Shown here piece after piece: positions 1 to 9,415 of a DNA stretch of 64,000 bases; the first letter of the stretch is position 1, and the number at the start of each line of letters is the position of its first letter. The notes beneath the pieces were generated by a model. That model made no database searches, was not told the DNA's origin, and saw only the letters and a list, made by a program, of their open reading frames with translations. This stretch comes from Polyangiales bacterium. GTDB taxonomy: Bacteria > Myxococcota_A > Polyangia > Polyangiales > Ga0077539. Location of the stretch: contig JBGARZ010000007.1 of NCBI GenBank assembly GCA_044229975.1, positions 288,001 to 352,000 on the forward strand. The letters are read 5' to 3'. Position numbers and translations under genes: made by a program.

Positions 1-1094
1 AGCGCGACGTCGCCGGGGCGCGACCGCAGCGGCGGCGCCTCGATGGGAAACACCCCGAGGCGGTAGTAGAGGTCCGCGCGAAAACGCCCCGCGGCGACCT
101 CCGTCGGAAGCGTCCGGTTGGTGGCCGCGATCACCCGCACGTCGACCTTCACCGCCTGCGCGCCGCCCACGCGCTCGAACTCCCGCTCCTGCAACACCCG
201 CAAGAGCGCGGCCTGCGCGTCGGGCGGCAGCTCGCCCACCTCGTCGAGGAAGAGCGTTCCGCGGTCGGCCAGCTCGAAGCGGCCCGCCCGTCGCGCCGAG
301 GCGCCCGTAAACGCGCCCTTCTCGTGCCCGAAGAGCTCGCTCTCCAGCAACGACGGAGCGATGGCCGCGCAGTTGATCCGCACCAGCGCGTGACCCCTCC
401 GAGGGCTCGACTCGTGGACGATGCGGGCGAGGAGCTCCTTGCCGGTTCCGGTCTCGCCGGTGAGCAGAACCGTCGCGTCGGTGGGCGCCACCCGCCGCGC
501 GGCCTCCACCGTCGCGCGCCACGCGGGGCTCTCGCCGACGACGGGCGTGCGCGGGTCGTGGGCCTCTTCGCGGAGGTAGAGGTTCTCGTCGCGCAGACGC
601 GCGGCCATGGCATCGAGCTCGGTGAAGAGCCGGGCGTTCTTGATGGCCACCGCCGACTGATGGGCGAAGGCACCCACGCGCTCGAACTCCGCCGCCGACA
701 GACCGCGCCGCGTGAAGATCGCGAGCACCCCGAGCAGCTCGCCACGAAACAGCAACGGGTAGCCCGCGAAGGCCCGCAGCCCGTGGGCGCGCACCCACGC
801 CGGGTCGGCAACGCGCGGGTCGTTCTCCAGTCCGTCGAGCAGGGTGGGCTCGCGGCGCGAGGCGATGGCGCCGATCTTCAGCGACCCGAAGGCCACCTCG
901 CGGTAGCGACCGTCGAGCCGCCGTGAGAGCCCCGAGCTCGCCCGCAGTTGGAGTCGGTCGGACTCGACCAGCCAGATGCGCGCGAGGGCCGCGTCGAACT
1001 CCGCCACCAGCCCGTCGGTGATTGCGCCGAGCAGCGCGCCCAGGTCGAGCACGCTGGTCATCTCAAGCGCGATGCGGGCGAGCGGGTCGGTCAT
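1..1094 (-). CDS. GAF-domain sigma-54-dependent transcriptional activator (3' end runs off the window)
   Basis: Manual translation from ATG at 1094: [18 protein letters not shown], a GAF domain, then GETGTGKE (Walker A), [32 protein letters not shown] and FRADLYYRL. Absent from the ORF track because it has no stop in the window. Confidence 0.93.
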   Translation of the reverse strand, partial: MTDPLARIALEMTSVLDLGALLGAITDGLVAEFDAALARIWLVESDRLQLRASSGLSRRLDGRYREVAFGSLKIGAIASRREPTLLDGLENDPRVADPAWVRAHGLRAFAGYPLLFRGELLGVLAIFTRRGLSAAEFERVGAFAHQSAVAIKNARLFTELDAMAARLRDENLYLREEAHDPRTPVVGESPAWRATVEAARRVAPTDATVLLTGETGTGKELLARIVHESSPRRGHALVRINCAAIAPSLLESELFGHEKGAFTGASARRAGRFELADRGTLFLDEVGELPPDAQAALLRVLQEREFERVGGAQAVKVDVRVIAATNRTLPTEVAAGRFRADLYYRLGVFPIEAPPLRSRPGDVA

Positions 1095-1191
1095 CGGGTT
1101 TGGCCGCGGGGTCTCGTGGGAGCGCCACGACGACTCGCGGCGAGGCCACGATATACCGTGGGCTGCGACCGAAGAGGCTTGAATTGCCGTA

Positions 1192-1207
1192 TGGTCTGGT
1201 GATTGAA
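1192..1207 (+). promoter_or_regulatory. possible sigma-54 -24/-12 promoter
   Basis: TGGTCT-N5-TTGAA, with GG at 1193-1194 and GA at 1205-1206 (12-nt offset), divergent from a sigma-54 activator. The -12 element is GA rather than GC. Confidence 0.3.
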
Positions 1208-1220
1208 GAAGGGTGCAGCC

Positions 1221-1595
1221 ATGGACACTGTAACGGACATCGTGGCCGCGGTGGAGAGCGCCGATGCGTCGCGCCGGAGGGCGTTGGAGGCGCGGCTGGA
1301 GGCGCTGGCGGAGACGCGTCGCGGGCTGACGCGGGTCGTCGCGCGGGCGCCGTGGTTGTTGATGAGCGCGCTGGGGTCGATTCCCGCGGGGGTCATCTGG
1401 GGAGCGGGCGCGGCGCTCGCGGTGCTGCTCACGTCGATCGCGGTGTCGGGCATGGCGATGTACCTCGCGTGGAGCCACGAGCAGGAGTACGCGGCGCAGC
1501 AGGACACGGTGCGCCAGGCCATCGCGGAGATCGGCAACCCGACCGTGCGCAAGAGCACGCCGTGGCGGGTGCAGGGCAAGGCGACGCAGTGGTGA
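1221..1595 (+). CDS. small two-TM membrane protein, hypothetical
   Basis: ORF from ATG 1221 with two hydrophobic segments ([37 protein letters not shown]) and host-like codon usage. Confidence 0.7.
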   Translation: MDTVTDIVAAVESADASRRRALEARLEALAETRRGLTRVVARAPWLLMSALGSIPAGVIWGAGAALAVLLTSIAVSGMAMYLAWSHEQEYAAQQDTVRQAIAEIGNPTVRKSTPWRVQGKATQW

Positions 1596-1608
1596 GAGGC
1601 TACCGGGC

Positions 1609-1874
1609 GGGCCTCACCCCGCTGCGGGACCGGAGTTCGCGTGACCTCGTTGCGAGTGCGTGCAGTCGCTCACTCCGGGCTATTTCACGTGGTCACCTCG
1701 CGGCGCGAGGTTGCAGGATCTCCTGGCTGGCGATGAGCGAGTCGCTGGGTTGCTTGTTGAAACCAGTGCTGCAACCTCGCGCCGCGAGGTGACCACGTGA
1801 AATAGCCCGGAGTGAGCGACTGCACGCGCTCGCAACGAGGTCACGCGAACTCCGGTCCCAGCGGGGTGAGGCCC
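1609..1874. repeat. long palindromic REPIN/MITE-like element, copy 1
   Basis: Near-perfect inverted arms at 1609-1716 and 1769-1874 around a 52-nt spacer. Each arm contains an internal hairpin, ACCTCGC-NNN-GCGAGGT. Lies between convergent genes. Confidence 0.9.
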
Positions 1875-2806
1875 TACCGCGCGACGAGCAGCGAGTGCGC
1901 GAAGGGCCACGCGGCGTCGACCCACTGCGCGGCGCAGGTGTAGCCCGACTCGTCGGCCCAGGCGCGCAGCTCGTCGGCGCGGAAGCGGTGGCTCGACTCG
2001 GTCCAGATGCTCTCGGCCTCAGCGAAGGAGATGGCCTCGCCCAGCACGCGCACCTCGCACGCCGTGCGGGCGACGAGGTGCATCTCGATGCGGCGGTCGT
2101 GGGCGTTCCAGCGGGCCTCGTGGGTGAAGTTGGCCAGCGGGAAGTCTGCGTCCCACTCGCGGTTGAGGCGCACCAGAAGGTTGCGGTCGAAGGCCGCCGT
2201 CACCCCGAGCGCGTCGTCGTAGGCGGGGAGCAGCAGCGACGGGTCCTTCTCCAGGTCGGTGGCCAGCAGCAACGCGTCACCGGGCGTGAGCGTGTCGCGG
2301 ACGTCGCGCAGGAAGCCCAGCGCCTCGCGGCGCGCGAAGTTGGACAGGTTGCTGCCGAGGAAGAGCACCAGGCGACGCGCACCGTCGACCCGGGCGGCAC
2401 GACGTAGACCCTCAACGTAGGTGGCCTCGACGGCGCGGACGTCGATGCCGGGGAGGTGTTCGAGCGCGCGCTGGCAGTCGCGCAGGGCGGTGGGGGAGAC
2501 GTCGACGGCGGTGAAGACCGTCGACGGCTGACGGGCGCACACGGCCGGGAGGAAGAGCGCCGCCTTGCGACCGCCGCCCGGACCAAGCTCGATGACATCG
2601 AGCGGACCGTTCAGTGAGCTAACGACATCGGGCGCGTGGGCTTCGATGAGACGGAGGTCGGCGCGGGTGAGCCCGTACTCGGGCAGCTCGGTGATGGCCT
2701 CGAAGAGCGCCGAGCCGAGGGCGTCGTAGAGCAGCGAGGTGGGGAGCGTCTTCGGGGTGGCGCGCAGCCCCTTCAGGATGGCGGCGCCGAGGGCAGGATC
2801 GGTCAC
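1874..2806 (-). CDS. egtD: L-histidine N-alpha-methyltransferase EgtD
   Basis: PKTLPTSLLYDALGSALFEAITELPEYGLTR, IELGPG, FLGSNLSNF, AYDDALGVTAAF, RIEMHL and ESIWTESSHRF. GTG start overlaps the egtB stop (GTGA at 2803-2806). Confidence 0.92.
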   Translation of the reverse strand: MTDPALGAAILKGLRATPKTLPTSLLYDALGSALFEAITELPEYGLTRADLRLIEAHAPDVVSSLNGPLDVIELGPGGGRKAALFLPAVCARQPSTVFTAVDVSPTALRDCQRALEHLPGIDVRAVEATYVEGLRRAARVDGARRLVLFLGSNLSNFARREALGFLRDVRDTLTPGDALLLATDLEKDPSLLLPAYDDALGVTAAFDRNLLVRLNREWDADFPLANFTHEARWNAHDRRIEMHLVARTACEVRVLGEAISFAEAESIWTESSHRFRADELRAWADESGYTCAAQWVDAAWPFAHSLLVAR

Positions 2807-4125
2807 GCGGGGCTCCCGTCGTCGACGCAGCGTAGCGTCGCGTACACGTGCGGATAGTGCGGCTGAAACCAGTTGCGAAACGAGCGGCGCAGGAAGGTGG
2901 TCGCGGTGCGCGGCGAAGCGCCCTTGAGCACGAAGTGGCGACCGTCGAAGAAGTCCGCCGAGTACCCGCGATAGAAGGGCAGCGGCGCGAAGCCCTCGAA
3001 GGGAGCGAAGGGCGTGCGGGTCCACTCCCAGCCGTTGCCGAGCATCTCGTCGACGCCGAGCGCGCTCCGGCCCGCGGGGTGCGTGCCGACGGGCGTCGGG
3101 TCGAAGCGCCCGAAGCCGAAGTTGCCGTGCACACCCGCGATGGGTGCTTCGGTGCCCCACGGGAAGGGTCGCTCCGAGCCGTCAGCGTTGGCGTACGCCG
3201 CGCGGTGCCACTGCGCCTCGGTGGGGAGCGACCATCCCTTCCAACGAGCATAGGCGCGAGCCTCGGCGTGGCTCACATACACCGGGCACGCGAGCGGCAA
3301 CGGAACCTCTCCCGCCATCGCCCGCCACCACCATCGACCATCACGACGCACCCAGAACGCCGGGTGTTGGACGCCCTCCCGATCGCGCCACGCGCGGTCG
3401 TCGTCGGACCAGAGCGCGTCGTGGCGATAGCCGCCGTCGTCGAGGAAGGCGAGCCACTCGGCGTTGGTCACCTTGTGCGAGCGAACGCGAAACGCCGGGA
3501 CGTCAATCGTGTGCTCGTCGTACTCGTTGTCCCATCCGCCGTGAGGGTCTTCGGTGCGCGAGCGACCGAGCGTGGCGCGACCGGCGGGGACGTCGATCCA
3601 GTGGGTCGTGGGTTGTGGCGTGTCGTGGAAGGCGGGCGCGGCCACACCCCGGAGAGAGCGCGGTGGGAGGTGGTGCAGGAGGTACGAGAGCGTCTCGGCG
3701 TGCATGAGCCGGTGCTCGACGGCGAGGCGCGCGGCCCAGGCGCCAGAGAGCCAGCCGGTGAGCGGCGCGGTGGCGATGACGGCGTCGACGTCGACGCGAC
3801 AGGCGGCGATCCACGCGCGGATGGCATGCGTGGCGGGCCAGTCGTTGGCGGTGTCGCGGGGGAGGTCGCCGTGGGTGGGGTCGATGCCGAAGGCGAAGAG
3901 GCGCTCGAACTCCTCGTGGCGTGAGGGCGCGTGGAGGCAGTCGCGCGCGAGGAGGTTGAAGTCGAAGGCGTCGAGGTGGCCGAGGTAGAAGACGAGCCGG
4001 TGACGCTCGGCGACGGGGCGTGAGAGCAGGGCCGCGGGGGTGAGCGCCTCGAAGAGCGCGTCGGTCTGGCGGCGGGCGGAGTGGAGGTCGCGGGCGAGCG
4101 CGTCGCGGATCGGGTCGCGGGTCAC
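2803..4125 (-). CDS. egtB: ergothioneine sulfoxide synthase EgtB (DinB-like + FGE-sulfatase domains)
   Basis: FYLGH plus EHRLMHAET iron-ligand motifs, GWDNE, LPTEAQW, GNGWEWT, YSADFFDG and RNWF; translationally coupled to egtD. Confidence 0.9.
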   Translation of the reverse strand: MTRDPIRDALARDLHSARRQTDALFEALTPAALLSRPVAERHRLVFYLGHLDAFDFNLLARDCLHAPSRHEEFERLFAFGIDPTHGDLPRDTANDWPATHAIRAWIAACRVDVDAVIATAPLTGWLSGAWAARLAVEHRLMHAETLSYLLHHLPPRSLRGVAAPAFHDTPQPTTHWIDVPAGRATLGRSRTEDPHGGWDNEYDEHTIDVPAFRVRSHKVTNAEWLAFLDDGGYRHDALWSDDDRAWRDREGVQHPAFWVRRDGRWWWRAMAGEVPLPLACPVYVSHAEARAYARWKGWSLPTEAQWHRAAYANADGSERPFPWGTEAPIAGVHGNFGFGRFDPTPVGTHPAGRSALGVDEMLGNGWEWTRTPFAPFEGFAPLPFYRGYSADFFDGRHFVLKGASPRTATTFLRRSFRNWFQPHYPHVYATLRCVDDGSPA

Positions 4126-4269
4126 AGGGCCATCCTTACGCCATCGGTGGGAGAGCGGTAACGGACTCCCACTGTTGCCCGGAGGGTTGAGCCGCCAGTG
4201 CCGATGGGAGAAGGGAGCGATGGACGGGCGGCGCGCGATGTTCTAGCGATGCGCGCACAGGAGCCAACG

Positions 4270-4998
4270 ATGGAATACGAGCTGTTCTACTGGCCGGGAA
4301 TCCAGGGGCGTGGGGAGTTCATCCGGCTGGCGTTCGAGGACGCGGGCGCGCCCTATGTGGACGTCGCGCGCGGCGCAGAGGGTGTGCAGGGCATCGTGCG
4401 GATGCTCAAGGGCGAAGGCTTCGACGGGCCGACGCCGTTTGCGCCGCCCATCCTGCGCCATGGTCCGCTGGTCATCGCGCAGGTGGCCAACATCCTCCAC
4501 TACGTCTCGTCGAAGGTGGGGCTCGCGCCCACGCACGAGTCGGAGCGCCACCTCGCGTTGCAGCTCCAGCTCACCGTCGCCGACCTCGTGGCGGAGGTTC
4601 ACGACACGCACCACCCGGTGAGCACGGCGCTCTACTACGAAGACCAGAAGGACGAGGCGCGGCGGCGCACGGCGAGCTTCGTGCTGGAGCGCCTGCCGAA
4701 GTATCTCGGGTACTTCGAGAAGGTGCTGACCCGCAACGGCGGAGACCATCTCGTGGGCGCCGACGTGAGCTACGTCGACCTGTCGATCTTCCAGGTGGTG
4801 GAGGGGCTGCGCTACGCGTTTCCGCGGGCGATGGTGGCGGTCGAGCCGAAGGCGCCGAAGGTCATCGCGCTGCACGACCGGGTGGCCGCGCGACCGGGCG
4901 TGGCGGCGTACGTGAAGTCACCGCGGCGCCTGGCCTTCAACGAGAACGGGATCTTCCGCCGCTACAAGGAGCTCGACCTCGCGCCCGGCGAGGAGTGA
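4270..4998 (+). CDS. glutathione S-transferase
   Basis: YELFYWPGIQGRGEFIRL, FAPPIL, VIAQVANIL and SYVDLSIFQVVEGLRYAFP. Confidence 0.9.
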   Translation: MEYELFYWPGIQGRGEFIRLAFEDAGAPYVDVARGAEGVQGIVRMLKGEGFDGPTPFAPPILRHGPLVIAQVANILHYVSSKVGLAPTHESERHLALQLQLTVADLVAEVHDTHHPVSTALYYEDQKDEARRRTASFVLERLPKYLGYFEKVLTRNGGDHLVGADVSYVDLSIFQVVEGLRYAFPRAMVAVEPKAPKVIALHDRVAARPGVAAYVKSPRRLAFNENGIFRRYKELDLAPGEE

Positions 4999-5002
4999 GA
5001 CG

Positions 5003-6475
5003 TCAGCGCCCTCCACGCAGCGGTCGCGGCACCAGCGCCCGCTCCAGCAGCGCGAAGAGAACCTGCGTGACGATCGCCAGCGCGGCGGCGGGCAACGCGC
5101 CCTCCATGATGGTCGGCGTCGAGTCCAGGCGGATGCCCCTCAGGATGGGCTGCCCGTAGCCTCCCGCGCCGACCATCGCGCCGAGCGTGGCGGTGCCGAC
5201 GTTGATGACGGCGGCGGTCTTCACGCCCGCGAGGATGGACGGCAGCGCGAGCGGCAGCTCCACCAGGCGCAGCCGCGCCCACGGTGGCAGACCGAGAGCC
5301 TCGGCGCTCTCGACGAGCGACGCGGGGATGCCGCGCAGGCCCGCGACGGTGTTCTGCACGATGGGGAGCAGCGAGTAGAGGAAGAGGGCCGCGACGGCGG
5401 GCGCCGCGCCGATGCCCAGCACCGGGATGAGCAGCACCAGCAGCGCCAACGACGGAACCGTCTGCAACACCCCCGCGACCCCGAGCACGGCGGCACCGAG
5501 GCGAGGGCGCTTCGCCGCGGCGACGCCCAACGGGACGGCGCACAACACCGCAGCGAACAGAGAGGCGAGAACGAGCGCGAGGTGCTCGCGGGTGCGGTCG
5601 GCGATGCGCGAGAGGCGGCCCTCGGCGGCGACGACGGTGCGCAGCCCGCGGTGCTCCTCCAGCCACGCGGCGGCGACTGCGCCTTCGGTGCGATGGCGTC
5701 GCTTCACCTGATCGTTGAGGTCGATCATCGCGGGGGCGTCGAGGCTGCCGCCGAGCGACTCCAGCGCCCGCGCGCACGACGGCGACCGACGCGCGAGGTC
5801 GGAGCGGTAGAGCAGCACCGCGGAGTACTCGGGGAAGTAACCGCGGTCGTCCGCGAGCACGCGCAGGTGGTGCCACGCGATCTCGGCGTCGGTGGTGTAG
5901 AGGTCGGTCACCTGGATGGCGCCCGACGCGAGGGCCCGGTAGGCGAGGTCGTGGTCCATGCCGCGCACCTCGTGTTGCGGGAGCTCGTAGCGGGCGCGCA
6001 GTCCGGGCCACCCGTCGGCGCGGTCGAGAAACTCGTGTGAGAGGCCCAGCACGAGGTCGGGCTGCCCGCGCAGGTCGCTGAGGGTGCGCAGTCCGCGCGC
6101 GGTCGCGAGCGACTCAGGGACGCCCAGCGCGTAGGTGTTGTTGAACCCGAGCGGGGCCGTCATGGAGACGCCCTCACGGGCGAGGGCGCGGCGCAGCCCC
6201 GTGAGGTCGCGCGCGTCGACGCCGCGGAGGAGCTCGGCGGCGAGCGTGCCGGTGTACTCGGGGTAGACGTCGATCTCGCCGGCGCGGAGGGCGCGCCAGA
6301 GGACGGCTGTTCCACCGAGCTGGCGGCGGTGCTCGGTGGTGGAGCCGGTGGCGGCGCAGGCGCGCGTGGCGACCTCGCCGAGGATGACGCCTTCGGTGAA
6401 GTTCTTGGAGCCGATGCGTACCGCGCGAGGGGCGCACCCGAGGGCCACGAAGAGGAGAAGGAGGAGGGGCCTCAC
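5003..6475 (-). CDS. glycine-betaine/osmoprotectant-family ABC transporter, substrate-binding + permease fusion
   Basis: Lipobox LGC; VRIGSKNFTE, DVYPEYTGT, GFNNTYAL, YTTDAEI and FPEYSAV (OpuAC-type binding domain); C-terminal permease with LQTVPSLALL and an EAA-like loop (VESAEALG). Confidence 0.9.
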   Translation of the reverse strand: MRPLLLLLFVALGCAPRAVRIGSKNFTEGVILGEVATRACAATGSTTEHRRQLGGTAVLWRALRAGEIDVYPEYTGTLAAELLRGVDARDLTGLRRALAREGVSMTAPLGFNNTYALGVPESLATARGLRTLSDLRGQPDLVLGLSHEFLDRADGWPGLRARYELPQHEVRGMDHDLAYRALASGAIQVTDLYTTDAEIAWHHLRVLADDRGYFPEYSAVLLYRSDLARRSPSCARALESLGGSLDAPAMIDLNDQVKRRHRTEGAVAAAWLEEHRGLRTVVAAEGRLSRIADRTREHLALVLASLFAAVLCAVPLGVAAAKRPRLGAAVLGVAGVLQTVPSLALLVLLIPVLGIGAAPAVAALFLYSLLPIVQNTVAGLRGIPASLVESAEALGLPPWARLRLVELPLALPSILAGVKTAAVINVGTATLGAMVGAGGYGQPILRGIRLDSTPTIMEGALPAAALAIVTQVLFALLERALVPRPLRGGR

Positions 6476-7230
6476 GACGTCACCCCCGCGTCACTCTGCG
6501 CGCGGAAGAAGTCGCGCACGAAGGGGTCGGCCGGCGTGGACTCCAGCTCCGCGAAGGTCCCCTGCTGCACCACGCGGCCGTCGCGCAGCAGCACGATGGT
6601 GTCCCCGAAATGCCGCGCTTCGCGGAGATCGTGCGTGACCAGTACGACCGTCTTCGCCAGCGAGCGGAACGCGTCGCGCAGGTCGCGCTGCAACTCGGCG
6701 CGCACCATCGGGTCGAGCGCCCCGAGCGGTTCGTCGAGGAGCAGCACCTCCGGGTCGAGGACCAACGCCCGCATCAACGCCACACGCTGCCGCTGACCAC
6801 CCGAGAGCGCGTCGGGGTGGCGGTCGAGCAGCGCCGCGGGGAGGCGCGCCAGCGAGGCGAGCTCGGTCACGCGGGCGTCGAGGTCGGCGGTCGGTCGGCG
6901 CAGCCAGCGCGGGAGGAGCGTGACGTTGTCGCGGGCCGTGAGGTGGGGAAAGAGCCCGCCCTCCTGGATGACGTAACCGATGCGTCGACGGAGGGCCTCG
7001 ACGTTGGCGGGGGAGGGGGTCTCGCCGAGCACACGGAGGGCTCCGGCGGTCGGGGCGATGAGGCCGTTGATGAGGCGCAGCAGGGTGCTCTTGCCGCAGC
7101 CGCTCGGTCCGAGGAGCACCGTGGTGCGACCGGCGGGGATGTCGAGGTCGATGGGGCCGAGGGCGATCGCGTCGCCGTAGCGGCGGGTCACGCCGAGCAG
7201 GGACACCGCGGCTGGCGGGGCAGTGGGCAT
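6472..7230 (-). CDS. ABC transporter ATP-binding subunit (OpuA/OsmV-like)
   Basis: GPSGCGKS, IGYVIQEGGLFPH, LSGGQRQR, LLLDEP and VTHD. Start could also be 7251. Confidence 0.92.
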   Translation of the reverse strand: MPTAPPAAVSLLGVTRRYGDAIALGPIDLDIPAGRTTVLLGPSGCGKSTLLRLINGLIAPTAGALRVLGETPSPANVEALRRRIGYVIQEGGLFPHLTARDNVTLLPRWLRRPTADLDARVTELASLARLPAALLDRHPDALSGGQRQRVALMRALVLDPEVLLLDEPLGALDPMVRAELQRDLRDAFRSLAKTVVLVTHDLREARHFGDTIVLLRDGRVVQQGTFAELESTPADPFVRDFFRAQSDAGVTS

Positions 7231-7298
7231 CGGGGCGCGCGATGGTCGCACGCATCCCGTCGCGGGGGTCGCGCGGCTCGCGTAGGCTCCGAGGCGCC

Positions 7299-7838
7299 AT
7301 GGGATTGTTGACGATCATCGGGCTGTTGGTGGTGGGCTTCAGCGTCGGCGTGTCCAGCGGGCTGCTGGGCATCGGCGGCGGGGTGCTGGTGATCCCGGCG
7401 CTGGTGATGGGCTTCGGCTTCTCGCAGCAGCGGGCCGTCGGGACGAGCCTCGCGATGCTGCTGCCGCCCATCGGCATCTTCGCGGTGCTGCGCTACGCGC
7501 GCGGCGGCCACGTCGACTGGGCCGCGGCGATGATCATGGCGGCGGCCTTCGCGGGCGGCGCCTTCGTGGGCGCGTGGGCCGTCACGCGGGGTTGGGTCTC
7601 CGAGCGCGCGCTGCGGACGGTGTTCGCGGCGTTTCTGCTCTACGTGGTAGGCAACCTGCTGTTTCGCGGGGAGAAGCGCGTCTGGTCGGCGCTGGTGACG
7701 CTGGGCCTCGGCGCGGCCTACGGGCTCGCGTACCTCGGTCTGCGCGCCGCGGGTCGGAAGTGGGAGCGCGAGACCAAGCTGTCGGCGATCTACGCCAAGC
7801 AGATCGAGGCGCCGGTGCCGATGGAGTACGAGATCTAG
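7299..7838 (+). CDS. TauE/SafE (TSUP) family membrane protein, half-size
   Basis: GVSSGLLGIGGGVLVIPAL and AVGTSLAMLLPPIG motifs; hydrophobic throughout. Confidence 0.85.
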   Translation: MGLLTIIGLLVVGFSVGVSSGLLGIGGGVLVIPALVMGFGFSQQRAVGTSLAMLLPPIGIFAVLRYARGGHVDWAAAMIMAAAFAGGAFVGAWAVTRGWVSERALRTVFAAFLLYVVGNLLFRGEKRVWSALVTLGLGAAYGLAYLGLRAAGRKWERETKLSAIYAKQIEAPVPMEYEI

Positions 7839-8083
7839 CGACGGTCGCGCCCGAGGCGCTGGATGGCGTCCCTGATCGCCTCGTGGCGGGTGAGCGTCGG
7901 GGCGCGCTTCAGCTCGTGGCTGACGAGGCGCTCGGCCATCGCGTGATCGCCGCGCACCAGCCGCATGAGCCGCAGGAAGTCGTCGTCTTCTTTCGCTCTC
8001 GGCGACCCGAAGAAGACCCACCAGGCCACGACCGCGCCGGCGATCAGCAGCGCGATGAGCGTCAGCGTCGGGTTGTGTCTCAT
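7835..8083 (-). CDS. small membrane-anchored hypothetical protein
   Basis: N-terminal TM segment, then LMRLVRGDHAMAERLV...AIRDAIQRLGRDRR. Confidence 0.6.
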   Translation of the reverse strand: MRHNPTLTLIALLIAGAVVAWWVFFGSPRAKEDDDFLRLMRLVRGDHAMAERLVSHELKRAPTLTRHEAIRDAIQRLGRDRR

Positions 8084-8195
8084 GACGCGAGCATCCGTCG
8101 TCGGTGGCGCCGCGCGCAATCCCCGATGCTGCACGTCTCGACCTGCGCCTGATGCATCGCCCGATGGGGCGGGCTATGGCTGTCGTGGCGCAACG

Positions 8196-8639
8196 ATGGC
8201 GACCCCGCGCGAGACGCAGCTCCCCCTGTTGACCGTCGACCCGCGCGAGCGCGGCCGCGGGTTGCTCGCCGTCTGTCGGTTGGTGGTCCGGTCGTTGGAG
8301 CGGGCGCGGCGGCTCTCCGACGACCGCCCGGAGCTGGCGCTCGCCACGCTCGAACGCTGGCTGGACCGGGACGACGGCCCCGCGGAGCTGCACGAGGCGA
8401 TGGAGCTGATGGTGCAGGCGACCTTCGACGATCGCGAGGCGGTGGCCGCGACGCGGTGCGTGCTGTGGGCGATGCGGGTCAACGTGATCCACCCGGCGCG
8501 CGCGAGCGACGTGGCGACGCGCGTGATCGACGGCGCAGTGGAGGTGCTGGTGGCGTTGGGCGAAGAGCCGGAGGCCGCGGCGGCGCAGGTCGACCTCGCG
8601 TACCGCGCGGGCGCGGACGGTCAGGCGTTGGACCAGTAG
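8196..8639 (+). CDS. hypothetical helical protein
   Basis: ORF MATPRETQLPLL with host-like codon bias, filling the gap between neighbours. Confidence 0.55.
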   Translation: MATPRETQLPLLTVDPRERGRGLLAVCRLVVRSLERARRLSDDRPELALATLERWLDRDDGPAELHEAMELMVQATFDDREAVAATRCVLWAMRVNVIHPARASDVATRVIDGAVEVLVALGEEPEAAAAQVDLAYRAGADGQALDQ

Positions 8640-9340
8640 CGGGCGCGGCCCCGCTCGACGTAGGCCACGAGGTCGGGGAGCGCCTTCAGGCGGGCACGCA
8701 CCGCGTTGTCGAAGGGAGCATCGTGCAGCGAGTACAGGAAGGACCACACCGTCGCATCGACGGTGCGCGGCGCGTCGCCCAGCACCCATGGCCCCGACCC
8801 GATGAGCTCGTTGAGCGACTCGACGAGCTCGATGGCCAGCGCCTCGACCTCGGCGACGGAGTGACGCCCGGTCCCTTGACCCTTGAGGGACTTCTTCACC
8901 TGCCCGCGGACGAAGTTGCTGATGGTTCCGGCCAGGAAGGCGGGGGGACCGCCCGGTCCCGCGAAGAGCTGCTTGAGCGCCGGGGCCATCACCGTCCACC
9001 CGCGGTCGTCCTGCCAGCGCAGAAACAGCGTGGTGAAGTACATGTGCTCTTCGACCATCGACTGGATGGCGCGGCCGAGCGCGCGGTCGCGAGGGGAGAG
9101 CCCCGCGTCGAGGTCGCCGTGCTTCTTCGACAGGTGCCGGATGATGAAGGTCGTGTCGCCGAGCAGCGTTCCGTCGTCGTCGACGATGTAGGGGATCTTC
9201 CCCTTCGGCGCCTTGCGCGGGTCACCGGGCGCGAAGCGGTACTCGACGCCCGCCATGCGGCACCAGGTCGCGAGCTTCACCACGAAGGGGCTCAGGTCGA
9301 TCATGCCGAGGGCCGCGTTGAACTGGTGGATGGTGATCAT
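8621..9340 (-). CDS. glutathione S-transferase family protein (metaxin/FAX-like)
   Basis: DLSPFVVKLATWCRMAG, APKGKIPYI, GDTTFII, MVEEHMYF and QGTGRHS. True start taken as ATG 9340. Confidence 0.88.
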   Translation of the reverse strand: MITIHQFNAALGMIDLSPFVVKLATWCRMAGVEYRFAPGDPRKAPKGKIPYIVDDDGTLLGDTTFIIRHLSKKHGDLDAGLSPRDRALGRAIQSMVEEHMYFTTLFLRWQDDRGWTVMAPALKQLFAGPGGPPAFLAGTISNFVRGQVKKSLKGQGTGRHSVAEVEALAIELVESLNELIGSGPWVLGDAPRTVDATVWSFLYSLHDAPFDNAVRARLKALPDLVAYVERGRARYWSNA

Positions 9341-9415
9341 GGGGCGGACGGTCTCCCGCCCAACGCGGGTGACGCAAGATCCCTCTCTTCGGCGGTGTAG
9401 AGTCGCCGCCCGAAG

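Noticed and set aside
1609..1874. CRISPR array or autonomous IS
   Set aside because: The repeats are inverted rather than direct with spacers; no cas or transposase gene is in the window.
1874..4125. Possible selenoneine (senA) or ovothiol cluster
   Set aside because: No senB or selD is adjacent and there is no fused C-terminal methyltransferase; coupling to egtD indicates ergothioneine.
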